Below, piece by piece: positions 50,641 to 63,560 of a stretch of 64,000 bases of DNA. Made by a program: the position numbers and the translations under genes. Below the pieces are notes generated by a model. The model ran no database searches. It was not told where the DNA came from and saw only the letters and a program-made list of their open reading frames with translations. Origin of the DNA: Lama glama (taxonomy: Eukaryota); contig CM052818.1 in the NCBI GenBank assembly GCA_028534125.1, positions 29,700,001-29,764,000 on the forward strand, read 5' to 3'. How positions within the stretch are numbered: position 1 is the first letter of the stretch; each line of letters begins with the position of its first letter.

Positions 50641-53600
50641 AAATAGTTGAAAAATAGATCAAATGATATTGTAAAAAAAAAAACTAACATTTTATCATGC
50701 CTTTTGGGCAAACAGAAAGTCTTTTAGAGTTGACAAGACACAAATCGAGGTAGAATTTACCAGTACCACGTGTAATTCTATTTCTCAAACACTCTGTGGG
50801 CTGAGGTCCACTCATGCTTTTTGCTTCCTAAACCAGAAAAAGAACAGGATAGCTGATGATTAAAACTACAAGAGATTCCAAATTTAAAATATGGTTTTAC
50901 TCTGCTTCTGGACAGGACCCTTTCTCCTATCTGGGCTCTGCAGTGACAGTCAGTCTGGTCACCCAAGTCCACATGGCATTATTTGATATTTAAAAAATGC
51001 AATTTTAATCTGTGTTAGGTCATACTTGCTTACTTTGATATGCTTTTTTAGCACGATATGCTTGAGCTACGTTGTGTGGATCAGGTTACTATGGAAAAGC
51101 CCTAATCAAGCTGTATATGAACTTTGTTAAACATTTAGCATCTGTTTCCCCAAATCCACTAGTAAAGGACTCAAAAGGTAATAAGGTGAACCAGTTCATT
51201 TTATGATAATGACCTGTCGCCTGGAAAACGTGTGCCTTACGTGCCCCCAAAATATCTGACTACAGCCAAACAGAAAAACAAGTCATTAGAATTTCTCCCT
51301 GACAGGGCCTTAGTTTACAACCAGCCAGTATATGATGAAAGTTTATGCTCCTTTTCCACATAAGTTATTTTTCCAATAGAAAATTGTTCCCAGCTGTTCT
51401 GACCCAGATGTGTTGGCAGCCCATGCTGTGAGGACCATTTTACAGGTGATGAAGCCCTCACACGATAAAGTTTACACAACTTATATACAGCTGGTCTCCA
51501 ATACAACTTTGGACTTCTAATGCCACCTTCTCAAAAAATAAAAAAAAAAAAGTGATTTCCTGGCACTTCACTTGGGGCACAGTTAAAAGGAACCTGCAGT
51601 GCTGTAGGCCCATATTTATGTAGGCCCTGGGCTTAGGAAGCTAGAATAAGATAAATGACCCAGGTTCCCCCTTCTCCTCAAGAATTCAGCCTGCTTTATC
51701 TGGAAACCACTCTGGACCACTAAGAAAATGATCAGAAATTGTCCCTGGGATTTGGCTTCCAGGAGAGGTTAAGTCATGATGTCTGAGTGAGCTCAAGTTG
51801 ACATTCATCTTTTAGCTTTACCTTATCCCATTCTAGACTGCACCAATTCCCCTCACCTTTCCGTTTAAATAAAAGGTCATTTTTTAAATGAACAAGTTGT
51901 TTGTAAAATTAGTGCAAGATCACCTTCCATTGGGAAGTCATAGGAAAACCAAAGCAATGTGATTGATAATCTGGGTGACCATACATCCAGGTTTTTCCCA
52001 GGACAGTCCCAGGCAATTTAACATACATCAGATGCTTAATTTTTCAAACAAAACATTATTAATAATAGTGGAAATAGACAATCTGGGATGGGTTTAGTAG
52101 ATCTCCACTTGGCATTCCCAGCCTCCGCCAGTCTTAAAGAGCAGTGTGGAAACACATGCAGTAAACTGAGTTCTCACTTTTTCTCCTGGTAAAATCTGAA
52201 GAATGACCAGTAATAACTTTCTCTTTTTTCCCAATTGTTTGCTGATGAGGTGCAACTGACACACTCTTTGAAGGACAACATGGTAAAACAGTGTGCCCAG
52301 CCACCAGTTCCGAGGGACTCTGTGGTAGTGAGAGAGCCTGCCATGACTTAGGTGGTCCATGAAGCTGCCCGGCCACATGCTGGCAGGGTCACTGGGAAAC
52401 TGAGAAAGTGCAGGGTAGATGTAGGTGAAACATGTTAAGGAAGTGGGGGCTGGGCAGCCCCATCATGGAACATATAGACTACAGTTTGAATACTCTTGCT
52501 TATAGTGGTTTTTGTCACTTACCATACAGTGTATCTACAACCAGTACTTACTGCATTGTTGGGGAACATTTTTTCTTTTATAACAAACTCTTTGGAGCAC
52601 AATCAGCTTCAAAAGATCAAAGTACAATTATAGGGAAAAAATAAAATATTAAAGCTGTAGATGAATGTATAATTTTCATAAAATATTTGACGACATCTTG
52701 CTTCCACCACCATAGGGATATCATAATGCTGTCGCTCGCTACATGAAAATCAGTAAACAGAAATTTGCTGAAGCATCAACACTGGCTTCAAAAGTTTGTT
52801 ACTTTAAGTGGACAATGCTCAAAGATGATTTAACACAAGCAGCTCCACAAGGTATGTTTTCATGTCACTCTGTGAAGCTTAATTTTTCACATAGGTGCAA
52901 TGAGTGTTCTCCTAAATTAATTTCACTCATTCTCAATTCCAAATTTTCTTATGCATGCCTGACAAATGTAGTATTAGCTGCTAATAGGTCTCCACTAGCA
53001 GAAGTAGAACTATGTGAACATTGAGATGACATAAGCATTATATTAGGGTCATCAGATGCTTCAAGTGAGGAATTTGTCAATTCTAATAAGGGTTCATTTT
53101 TTAAAAAAACAAATTCATAAAATTAAACCACTGGAAAGTTCATTCCATCAAAGGTGAAAAATTGGACATTATTTTGATTGATATTATATATCTAGTTTAA
53201 AAGTTCATCATTGAAGAGAAATTTGTTTGGAGGGTGATAAATTTTGATGGCCAGAATCCTGGTAGAAACCATATTATTACTAAACTTAGAACCTGTGGAA
53301 CAGAAACATACTTGGACTGGGTAGTAGAATGTATGTATATAATTAGTATTTTTGTCCAAACAAGCTGTGGTAGTCCACCAATGGAAATGGAAACTGAGTT
53401 GTCATATTTTATACACACACACACACAGTAACTGGATCACAAAATTCTTTCTGCCTCTCAATTGATTTAAAATATCTGAGTCTTTATGATAAACTACCTT
53501 ATTAAAATCAACCTAAGTGTCCTACAACGCTCTGAATTTTGGTTGCATTTGATTCAAAATCTTCTGGAAGTCTTCAAAATATGGAGTGAATGGAGCTTTT

Positions 53601-53680
53601 TTTTGTTTGTTTTTAATTCAGCTTTTGAACTTAAATCTTTCAGAAAAATAGAATTATTGAAAACCAAGCTGACAAACAGG

Positions 53681-53855
53681 CAGGACCATATACATAATTT
53701 GTGGGGCCTAGTGTAAAATGAAAATCCAGAATCCCTTGTTGAAAAATTAAGAATTTCAAGATGGTGACAGTGGGGCCATAAGCCAAGTGTGGAGCCCTTC
53801 TAAGCACTGGGATCTGTATGAATGCACACGTCACAAGCCCACGAAGCCAGCTCCA
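53681..53855 (-). mobile_element. MER45A (hAT-Tip100) nested in Blackjack
   Basis: caggacc..tacataatttgtggggcc..gtgtaaaatgaaaat...taagaatttcaagatggtgacag...gaagccagc. Perfect 8-bp TSD CAAACAGG at 53673-53680 and 53856-53863. Confidence 0.88.
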
Positions 53856-54799
53856 CAAACAGGAAGACATTGAAATGTATCCTGCAAAAGTAGGGGGGGG
53901 TGGGGCAGGTGGAGTCAATGAGCACTCAATTAAGTACAAGATTTAATTCTGAGATTCTATAACTGTGCCCTAGATGATCTCAACCTGTGAGAAGAATATT
54001 TTGATGGAGCCCCTATTTTTATTTGGCTAAATTTAGATTCTGTCCCAGAATAGGACGTAATTGAGAAGGGCTACAATCTTGAATCATCTAAATTTGGGGA
54101 ACCATTCAAAAGAATCGTAAATAGAGACAACTCACTCAACAAGCTGTACCATAAAAATAGTTGTCAAAGAAAGGTACTCTGAATAGAAGACAAAATTACC
54201 TGAGGAAATATTTGGACTGAGTTATTTATATATTTCAGTATTTTTAAAAATCAGAATTGAGACTAGCTTTTATTTAGCAGAACTGCTCTCAGCTTACCAG
54301 GTACTTCATCACTGGTAGCGAGTATTTTCTCAATTAAATATATTGTGGTCCCTAGAGAAGTCAACAGAAGTATCAGCAATTTCAGATTTATTAAACTCAA
54401 AATGCAGACAATTTTGTGGAAAAAGTTAACAATAATAAAACTATTCAAAACTATGTTCTGCAGAATATCATGACAGGTAGACTGAGAAGCTGATTAAAAT
54501 ACATATCGAGAATAACTATTCTGCTTAAATGTTTTTTAATGTTCACATAAACATCAAGAAAAATTTCAAATTTGCTTTAATGTAGAGATATATGTTCTTT
54601 TATTTCTTCAAGGGAATTTTACATTTAAAAATTGTTCCTGAATAGAACCATCTTATAGGTCTATCAATATAAGAAAATGATTTGTTTGTCAGTAAGAAAA
54701 TCTTTCAGAAAAAGTTATCATCCTAATTGTTTTCATGCCCCCTTTTGCTGTCAAAGAATCTTTTATTATTTTTCTCCCTAAACTGCATTCTTTTAAATT

Positions 54800-55025
54800 T
54801 TTTATGCTTTTTTAATTGAAGTATAGTTGGTTTACAATGTTATGTTAATTCCGGTGTACAGCATAGTGATTCAGTTATACATATATATATTCCTTTTCAT
54901 ATTCTTTTTTTTTTACTATAGGCTATTACAGAGTATTAAACATAGTTCCCTGTGCTATATAGTAGGTCCTTGTCATTTATCTATTTTATAGATAATAGTG
55001 TGTATCTTTTAATCCCAAATTCCTA
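54800..55025 (-). mobile_element. Artiodactyl-type L1 3' end nested in Blackjack
   Basis: tttttaattgaagtatagttggtttacaatgtt...gtgtacagcatagtgattcagt...atagttccctgtgctatatagtagg. Confidence 0.88.
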
Positions 55026-55074
55026 CAGAGTGTCTTAATTTGGATGACGAATTATAATGGTTATCTTAGTAATG

Positions 55075-55310
55075 ATAATAATGGTCACCATTTATTAAGC
55101 ACTTGGGGTGAGCCCAACACTTTGCAGGCATTAGCTCATCTGACCCATAAAACAAGCCTATAAAAGGCAGCGTTTTATCAACCAACTTAACTGCTGCGGA
55201 AACTGTGCCTTACGGTGGTTTGGCCACTTCTCTAAGGTCACGTAGCTGGGAAAGGATCTGGGCCCAGGTCTCCTCTGACTCCCAGACTAGTGCGCTTTAA
55301 CTCATCCTTT
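55075..55310 (-). mobile_element. MIR SINE
   Basis: catttattaagcactt...ctaaggtcacgtagctgg...cccaggtctcctctgactccca. Confidence 0.6.
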
Positions 55311-56211
55311 AGATGAGCTCACCAGAGATTCTGACTTAAAAAGGACACTTGCCCAGGGAAGTTTCCAGGAACAAACCCAAGATCTCTGATACAACAGTCA
55401 AAACCCTGCTGCCTCTAAATATGACTAATGTGTGGCACTGATCACTGCTGATTGACTCATACCTTCACTTTATGGCACTGTTCACAGGGATAACAGAAAA
55501 GTCCATTCAGTCTCCAACATTTATTAATCACCAACGATATTAAGGGCCCTGTGCAGACACAGAAGGAAACCAGATCTGGCTCCTCCCCCCAGACCTTTCC
55601 CTGGAGTCGGAGGCCAGGATGACATGTGCCATTTAAGTCCCCTGGGGTGATGGGCCTTCGCTCCCTTTGTCCTGCAAGGACTCCCCTCTGGCAGAGCCAT
55701 TCTTGGGCCTTCAGGGCCCTTCTTCCTCCCCCCAAGTTGAGAAGGCCATGGCTGTCTGTAAGTTTGGAGAGAGACCGAGATAGAGGCCAGGGATCAGCAG
55801 GGTTGAGGTTAACCCTTCCCAGCTTTGAAGAGTATGAGGGCTTGTAGCCTTGTCACAGATGTGAAAGCTTCCAGGTCAATGAGACACCTCCCCTCAAATA
55901 CCCAGTGCAGTTGTTTGAGAAAGGCGGACTGTTTATCAAGCTTTCTGGTGGAAAAATCTCCTTAATTTCAATAATTTTTCATGTTACCATTTCATTATCA
56001 TTTTGTGCAGTGGAGCTGTATCTTTATTTATAAACAAATGAAGGCAAATAGTTGCTTGGATAACTGGCCAAAGAAATTTACTCCAAAGAGACTTAACCCA
56101 CCAGGAAAACCTATTTCAATTGTTCACCCCAAAACTCATGATGTCACACAGAAAAGATGTGCTTTACTTTAACACATATGATCCTTCCCTTATAAAAGGG
56201 GACACGATGGC

Positions 56212-56360
56212 AGAGGTTGGGTATAGTTCAGCAGTAGAATATATGCTTAACCTGCACGAGGTCCTGGGTTCAATCCCCAGTACCTCCGTTAAAAAATAAA
56301 TCAATCAATAACCTAATTACCTCCCCCTGCCAAAAAAATAAAACAGTTGGACAAAAAAAA
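56212..56360 (+). mobile_element. Camelid tRNA-Ala-derived SINE (Vic-1 type), more diverged copy
   Basis: gggtatagttcagcagtaga...gcacgaggtcctgggttcaatccccagtacctcc...aataaa...acctaattacctcccc plus an A tail. Confidence 0.85.
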
Positions 56361-57117
56361 TTTTTTTTAAGCAGGGGGAACACATTACCGTAATGTTTAC
56401 AGACCAAGCCACACTAATCAAGTTTAGATCTGAACCATCAGGATCTTAAGCCACATCCACTGGGTAATCAGAACAATTCTGTGCTTAGGGTGGTGCTTTC
56501 AAAATTCCACTACTTACTCTATCTCAGAATAGCTGTGCACAGGGGGAAGGCACAGAATGGGACCTTTCTAGCTGGAGATTCGGAATCTCCCCTTTGGTGC
56601 CCCCGTGGGTCTTAGCTCAGTGTCAGACTTTCAGTAGGTTTCCAGCTATTACTAAGGAAACACAATTACTTTATAATATCACTGATACCAGCTTGTCCTT
56701 GGCAGGCTGAGAAAGGATTTCTGGAAGTTATTAAAAGTCTGTCTCCAAAATACTCTTCAAGGCCATCCTTACATAAGGCAGGATAGTACAAGATGTACAA
56801 GATGGAGTTCTTCTATGGGCTGGCAAAGAGAATTTTAGGAAATTCCCTTTAGTGGCTATTAGGAAGAGTAGGATCCACTGCTTTCTTTGTTTCCTTTTTT
56901 TTTTCTTTCTTTTTTCTTTTTTTCCCAAATTAGGTCCTCCTGAAGATGTAAACGAATTCCCTTTAATGGTCTAACACAGGAAAGAAAACAGCTCTTTCTA
57001 GGGTTATCAAGACATTCACATACGTCTGCGTTTGATGTGGTTAGCGCGTGGGGAGGATGAGAGATCTATGACTGTCTCCCCTTCTGATGTCGCCTTCATC
57101 AGATCCACAAAAGAAAA

Positions 57118-57526
57118 GTACAGCAGATCCCGTGATACACTGTCCAGACTCCCTGGAAGTGCAGAGGATCACAGCTGAGTGAGTGTTAGCTGTTGCAGGC
57201 TCACAGCTGAGTCTGTCCTCAGGGCTTGCCCTTGGCTGGAGGGAGCCACCCAACCCCAAGTTACACTCCTCCCTGAGAGCAGAGTCCATACAGTGACTGA
57301 GGCAGGGCTACAAAGGCCTGGACAGCTCTAAAGGGCCAGCCCAGCTCCCTGCAGGAGCATCTGACGCCTCCTGTTGCAACCACATCACAGTTCAACTTCT
57401 GCTGCCCAGTCTTGGGTCCCAACCAGCTCACAGGTGTTGATCCCTGGAGCACTCACTCCCCAGAAACAATCTGCATGCAGATCTTCATCTCAGAGTCTGC
57501 TTCCTGGAGAACATGACCTAAGACAA
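57118..57526 (+). mobile_element. ERVL LTR16-family solo LTR
   Basis: catcacagttcaacttct...cacaggtgttgatccc...catctcagagtctgcttcctggagaac...acctaagaca end. Confidence 0.8.
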
Positions 57527-57854
57527 TGACTACGGAGAAAGTACCTGTGACGGATGTGTCAGGCATTTCAAATGCTGGGTCTCCAACCTGTGCAGCATCT
57601 CTACCAAGTGGGTATTATTAATTTCATTCTATTGGTAATAAAACCAAGGCTCAGAGAGGTGGTGTTCCCTGCCAAAAATTACACAGCAAGTGAGGCACAA
57701 GTCAATGTTTATAGCCAGACTCTCAACTTTAAATTCCACCTAATTTACTACATTCATGGCCCTATGCTTGGCAACAGTGTTTCCCATCACAGATTTTTTA
57801 ATAAAGTCTAATTTTCATTAAAATAAAAATTAAAATTATATTTTGAAGATGAAT

Positions 57855-58100
57855 GGAGTACCACTATAAAGGGGTAGCACAAAGGAGTTCCTCTGTGGTG
57901 ACAGAATAAATAAAATTCGTAATTTAGTTAACAGTATTGCACTAATGTCAGTTTCCTAGTATTAGTATTCATAATGGACTATGGTTAGTTACAACATTAT
58001 CATTGTGAGAAGCTGGGTGACAGGTATAGAGGAACTTATGGTACAATTTTTGCACCTTCTTTAGAGTACAGAATTATTTCAAAATAATGTTTTAAAAGTT
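57855..58100 (+). mobile_element. L1MC/MD 3' end
   Basis: aatgtcagtttcctag...gaagctgggtga...tttttgcaccttct...aattatttcaaaataa. Confidence 0.7.
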
Positions 58101-58659
58101 CTAAAGCAAAAAAAGAAATGAGACATCAGAAATTTTGATGTCTTGAGAAAAATACTCCTCAAAAGGGACTTTACAAGGTATCTCACAATAATTGCTAAAG
58201 AGTAACATTAATCAGTTATCAATAAGAACTTAATAGAAATTTTTTTATGACTCATTGAGGGTTGAGTCAGCCCTCCAGGAAGCCAGTCTCCCCACACTCA
58301 GCTGGCTTTAACCTCCCACCCTTAGAATCCAAATTCTCTCTGGGCCCCTAAACAAAGGGATTGCCCAACCAGCAGGTGTTGTCTCCCCAAGGCTGTCTTC
58401 CACAGGAAGCTGTCCTGGGGCCCCGCCTAGTCCCTCCCAGTGAACTAGTCCGTCAAATCTATAGTGGCCCTTAGATGTGAAGGATGAAGTACAGGACAGT
58501 CACTGGAGGAAGGAAGATGATGATGGGATGGAATCAGGGTTGGGAGGAGGACGCCACAACCCTGAGAGGGAAGGTGTGTGTAAAGAGAGGGGCATCACAT
58601 TCTGCTCTAATCCCTGTAATGTCTCCTCCCATCGCACCAGAAAAGTCTGAGTCATGAGA

Positions 58660-59298
58660 AGCGCTCACACTCAGGATGGCATTTACATGGTTTCTAAAAT
58701 TCTAATTTTTACTTGAAAGCTCAAATTTTATCTTTGGCACAAGTTCTAACAGCTGTTTTCCCTTATGTGACAAGCTCTCTTCACTCATTTTTAAGAAAAT
58801 GTCTGCCAGACACTCAAGTCTGAACAACCACAGTCTGCCTGTCCATCTTTTGTTCCTTCAAGTAAAAATGGCACTCCACAGAAAAAGATTATTCAGCGTG
58901 CAGCTCATATGTACAAGTGCTTTTCCTTGAGATACGATCCTACTTCCGTGTGCTTAAGAAGTGCTTTAGGCATTATTTCCTATTTGGTCTCTCAGAAATT
59001 TAAAAATATATGCATTCAAGGGTCAAAAAATTAACATTTTTTTCTGCGTAATCAAAGGCATTCTTAAATGAAGCTGCTTTTTTTTTTTTTTGCTAGTACA
59101 TGGTGATGAAGAATGCAATATCCAGTAGCAAAATTTGGTTCTCTGTCTTGATTTATACTCATACAGCTACAGTTTAACTCACCTGTTGCTCTTGTACCAC
59201 CAATGCAAGTGTCAGCAAAGTGGGAAAGGGGAATCACGTCTTAGGAGGACCCCCACCCCTGCCCAGGGGTTTGCAGACCACACATTGAGAGTTGCCAT
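58660..59298. mobile_element. hAT-Tip100 element (Arthur1/MER69-like)
   Basis: ttctaaaattctaatttttacttgaaagctcaaattttatc, gaaaatgtctgccag, ttcaagtaaaaatgg, caagtgcttttcct, and a cagaccacacattgagag end. Confidence 0.72.
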
Positions 59299-59609
59299 AG
59301 CACAATGATGGAAGCGGGGTTGGGGATGGCATTTTATTAGAAACAAAGTAGGTACACTGGTCCTTTTGGGCTGAGGCACACAAAGAGGGATGGAAGTTTT
59401 GTGGAAGAATCAAAGGAGGATGATAGGTTAGGCAGAGGGAACAGCGTGTGCAAAGGCTCAGAGGCATGGCAGGTGTGGTGTGCACCGAGAGCCTCAGGAA
59501 CTCAGTGTTCACGCTACAGTCCGTCTGCTCTGTGGCCACCACAGTCCTTACACCTTCAGAATGCATAATCCAAGAATAAAACCCCACATATCAGCATTTA
59601 ACATATCCC

Positions 59610-59810
59610 TGGCGTGGTTCTAAGCACTCACTTAATCTTTGAAACAACTCTACCGGGTTGATGCTATTATTATCCCCTTTTAGAGATGCCGAAACTAAGA
59701 TGAGCAACAAAGAAGTTAAATAACTCACACCAGATTCCACAGCTTGGAAGCGACACAGCCAGAACTGAACGCGAAGGGCCTGATTCCAGAGTCTAGTGCC
59801 ATATACAGCT
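59610..59810 (-). mobile_element. MIR SINE
   Basis: gctattattatccccttttagagatgccgaaactaag...gaagttaaataact...ctgattccagagtc. Confidence 0.7.
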
Positions 59811-60116
59811 TCTCACGAGGAAAAGAGAGAGGCTCTGCTTCCAGTCTGGGAAATCTCAATTGGCTGGCCCAGGTCACATGCCCATCCCTGGGACCAATAG
59901 TGAAAGGGGACACATGCCCGCCTTCACTGGGGATTTCTCCAATCAGGAAGGGCAACACAAAGGATACTAGACAGCAATGAGAATGAATGATCTACAGCAC
60001 ATCTCCGTAACATAATGTTGGACAAAAGGAGACCTCAAAGAGCACATCCTGTGTGATGTATAAGCCAGGATTGTGCTCACCCTTCTGGAGGTGGTTAGTA
60101 ACTAGAATAAGGCACT

Positions 60117-60155
60117 GGGGGTGGGGGTGGGGGTGGGGGTGGGGTGGGGGCGGGG
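60117..60155 (+). repeat. (GGGGGT)n G-tract repeat within an L1ME fragment
   Basis: Run of tandem (G4-5)T units ending in ggggcgggg. Confidence 0.85.
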
Positions 60156-62689
60156 CATGTGGCGAGGACGGTGACGTTCCGTTTCCTGATTGGTCTCATC
60201 CACTTCATAACAATTCATTAAGCCACACACTTGCGGACTTTCTCAACACGTATATTTTTCACTTTTATGAACTGTTAAATTTTTTACTGAGTCTTTAGTG
60301 AAAACTAGAACTAGGTGGGGCGGGGAGGGGGTGGAGATCCACGAAGAAGTTTTATTTGATCACGGTGGCAAATGGATTTCTCAGGATGAATAAAGGATTT
60401 ATGCCCCACATCCTAAAAGCTCACTGGAATAATAGTGAAAACCCAAGGAGGAAGGGGCATCGTGTTTCAGACCGTTTTGTTCAGGTTTTCACTCATTAGC
60501 ATTATAAAGCCAAAGGAAGGGTCGGGAACACAGTAGCACCCTGAGCAGGTGCCAGCTTCTCCCAATTAGGCCAACTGCCAGGCTCCACCGGCCCGCCGCC
60601 AGCTTGGGGATGGTGGGCTTGGCCGCGGGCAGAGGGGCGCAGCACCCTGCCTCCCCGTAGCTGTCGCTGTCCTGTGAGCGTTTTCTAGGTTGTAGATGGG
60701 CTCTCCACCTTTTCAACCCATGATCCTGTCCTTAACAGATATAAAAATCTCACACTTTTCTTTAACGTTATTTGAAATTTCAAAATTAATTATTATGACC
60801 AGAAAACAAAGAAAGTCACAGGACACAGTGAGGTTCGGTTTTCAAGCTGCCTGTGCAGCCCACACGAAGCCCCCGAGTGTGTGCTCCGGCCTCCCCAACT
60901 CTCCCCTCGCCCCCTGGAGAAGCCTCAGTTTATAAATTACAAGCCTTTTCATTTCCTCCAAGGTTTTTGATGCGAGATTTGGGGATGTGGCCACCAGGTG
61001 GACACGGAGCTTGGCATTTATGAGCTCGGTCTGGCTTCCCAGTGGGCTGAGGGACTAAGAAGCAGACATCCCTACTTTGTTTTTAATAAAACACACAACT
61101 CCTTACTTACTAAATAAGCATCAGTTCATGGTAATAGCTAATATTTACTAAGTGCTTCCCGCATACCACACAGTGTGAAAGAGCTCCCGGGACATCCCAT
61201 CACTCGCGTCTCCCCACACACCCGAGGGACGAGGGGGTTGGAGGGACGGAAGATGGGGGTGGTCCTCACCATCTCTGCTTTATGGCCAGTGGAACCCAGG
61301 CTCATGATGATTATGTGACCTGCCCAAGGTCTGACAACGAGGAAGACAAGGATTTGGAGTGTAAGTCCCACTCAGGCTGGCCCCAAAATGCATGCGCCTA
61401 TGAGCAGGCCATGCCACTATTTGGTAAATTCAGTGTTTGAACCTTTGTTCTATGACAGAAGTTCCACGTGTGCACCTCTAATTATTAGAGTAACTGATGC
61501 TTACTTGGGCCCAAGTCCTGATCTGTGGGTGAAAAATGACCCCAAGGAACCCCTCCCCAACCAGAACTGACTTTGAGAGAGGGGAAGACTGGCTAGGTGA
61601 CCCTAGTTCTATCCCAGGACCTCCACTGTCTAGGCGTGAACTGTGATGGGGACCCCGATGGTGGGGCCTTTGAGCAGTGAAGCTGGGCTTGGACATTAAG
61701 GACCCCAGAGAGTAAAAACCAAATGGCTGCAGCACCATTGGGCCGAGGCCTGGAGGGGAACCATCTACGGTCCCCTCTCCACCGCTACTCCTCCTGAGAA
61801 GCTGCTGGTCTCCAGCAGGGGCTCACAGGCACACCATGCAGAGCCGCGGGCTTCTGCGAAAACCCCATGTGAAGGCAAGGCTGATCCACTAGCCCGCTGC
61901 CTCCTGGATGATGCTTTGGCCAGTCAGCTGTGCACAGGGACCACAGACCCCACTGCCCAGAGCAGTGCCCAGTCCTTCTGCAGACCCACTATGTCTGGCT
62001 GGAGCTCTGACTTCAGAGCTGAGACTAGAAGGCTGTCCCAGGAGAGGAAAGAAGATTGTCCCTGGATGGCTCATGTTAGTGAATGGTGGTTCAGAATACC
62101 ACTAATTTGATTATTAAGAGAAATAGGACCTTCTCTGTGGCCTAAGCTAATGAAGGGGGACAAACAATTACCCTATATTTACAAGTGGATCACTGGACAT
62201 TCATTAATGGGCACATGCACACCCAGGGCTAACCCTGGCCTCTCCCAGGCTGCACACTGACTCCAGAACACTGGGTTAGGATGCGCTCAAGGATCTGATG
62301 CCTCTGGACAGTGCTCTTCCTTCCTCCTACTCTTTTCCTCCTCAAACACAGAAGGGAGGCTTCTGGAACAATGGAGGGAGCCACTCCCTGAACCCAAGGC
62401 GCCACAGGCATTGTCTCAAAGGGTCACTCACAACCAAGCGGAGTCTCCTTTGTGACCTCGCCACCCACAAATCCTGTTCACACCTCCCTCCTGGGAAGAG
62501 GGCCACACTTCGCACGGTCAGGCTAGAACCAAAAACCAAATACTGTTTAATCACGTGCCAGCTTCTTGTCACATTTAGAATGAGATTTAAAGAAATGAAC
62601 ACCCTAAGAAACAACCAGGTCCCTTTCTCACAGATTTTCAGCCGTTTTCAAGTCACTGCCTTAAAGCTTGCAAATATGACTTTCTAGCT

Positions 62690-62855
62690 CCTTGCTACTC
62701 AAAGAGTGGTCCCTGGACTAAAAACATAGGCCTCACATGGGCCCTTGTTAGACATGCAGGATCTCAGGGCCCACCCAGACCTACACATTCAGAATCCACA
62801 TTTTTACAAGATCCCCAAGTGGTCTGCGTACACATTAAATTTTGAGAAGTGCTGC
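62690..62855. mobile_element. MER5A (hAT-Charlie)
   Basis: gctactcaaagagtggtccctggac...cttgttagacatgcaggatctcagggcccacccagaccta...ttttacaagatcccca...cacattaaattttgagaag. Confidence 0.85.
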
Positions 62856-63079
62856 TCACCCAGAGGCCTTTCTTCCTGGTCAGAGCGTTTTGCCAGACGG
62901 AGGCCACACACATTGTCAGATGTCAGCGTGCACCACCTGCCCCAGCATGTGGCCAGATTTCCATAGACCATCCTCCATCTCCTGCATGGGGGCCGACATT
63001 CCCTGTGCACCGTGGGAGGTGCCACCCACCTTCCCTGCGTCCCTCTTGGTCCTCCCATGCCTCCCCTGCCCACCCCCAT

Positions 63080-63560
63080 TCTACTCATGACGCCTTACCA
63101 GCCTTCTGATCATGCCCATCACCCTAATATTCAGATTCACCCCAGCCTCAATGCCTACTAAATGATGTCCAGTCTCCTTGGCCTGAGATTGATGGGTTGA
63201 TTTATCATTCCCTCTTCATCTCTGTTTTCCCCTCCAATGCCCTGAACCCCACTGCCCTTCTTTGCAGATTTCTGCTCACACATTTTGCCAGACTTCAACA
63301 CGCTACACGACACCTCTGCTAATCCAAAGCCACGGTATCCTTCACACTGGCTAAACACTGGCTAGAATACTTGCTCTGGGTGGACTTTCTAGCACAACAT
63401 AATCTCTGAACTGTCCAGTCAGTTCCTTCTCACACCTGTCCCTTTCCACTTTCTATTAGAGTTATTGGCCTGCACGCCTCCTGTCCCCTGCTACGTGTGA
63501 ATGATTCAAAGCAGGAGTCATGTCTTATTCATCTTTGCTTCTAACAAAGATGAGGTGATC
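63080..63560 (+). mobile_element. L2 fragment
   Basis: tccagtctccttggcctg...ggctagaatac...gcaggagtcatgtcttattcatctttg. Confidence 0.5.

Larger units (their letters stand above)
51971..55068 (+). mobile_element. hAT-Blackjack autonomous transposon fossil (degraded transposase)
   Basis: Left TIR GGGTGACCATACATCC...CAGGACAGTCCC (MER81/MER94/Blackjack-type) and degenerate right TIR ATGGTTATCTTA. Transposase-like ORF pieces at 52743-53024, 53234-53431 and 53486-53716, and hAT dimerisation motif LSLPGTSS..VFSQL at 54288-54336. Confidence 0.8.

Noticed and set aside
52743..53716. Domesticated transposase gene
   Set aside because: The ORF is fragmented by stops, frameshifts and a MER45A insertion, with no promoter or splice structure evident.
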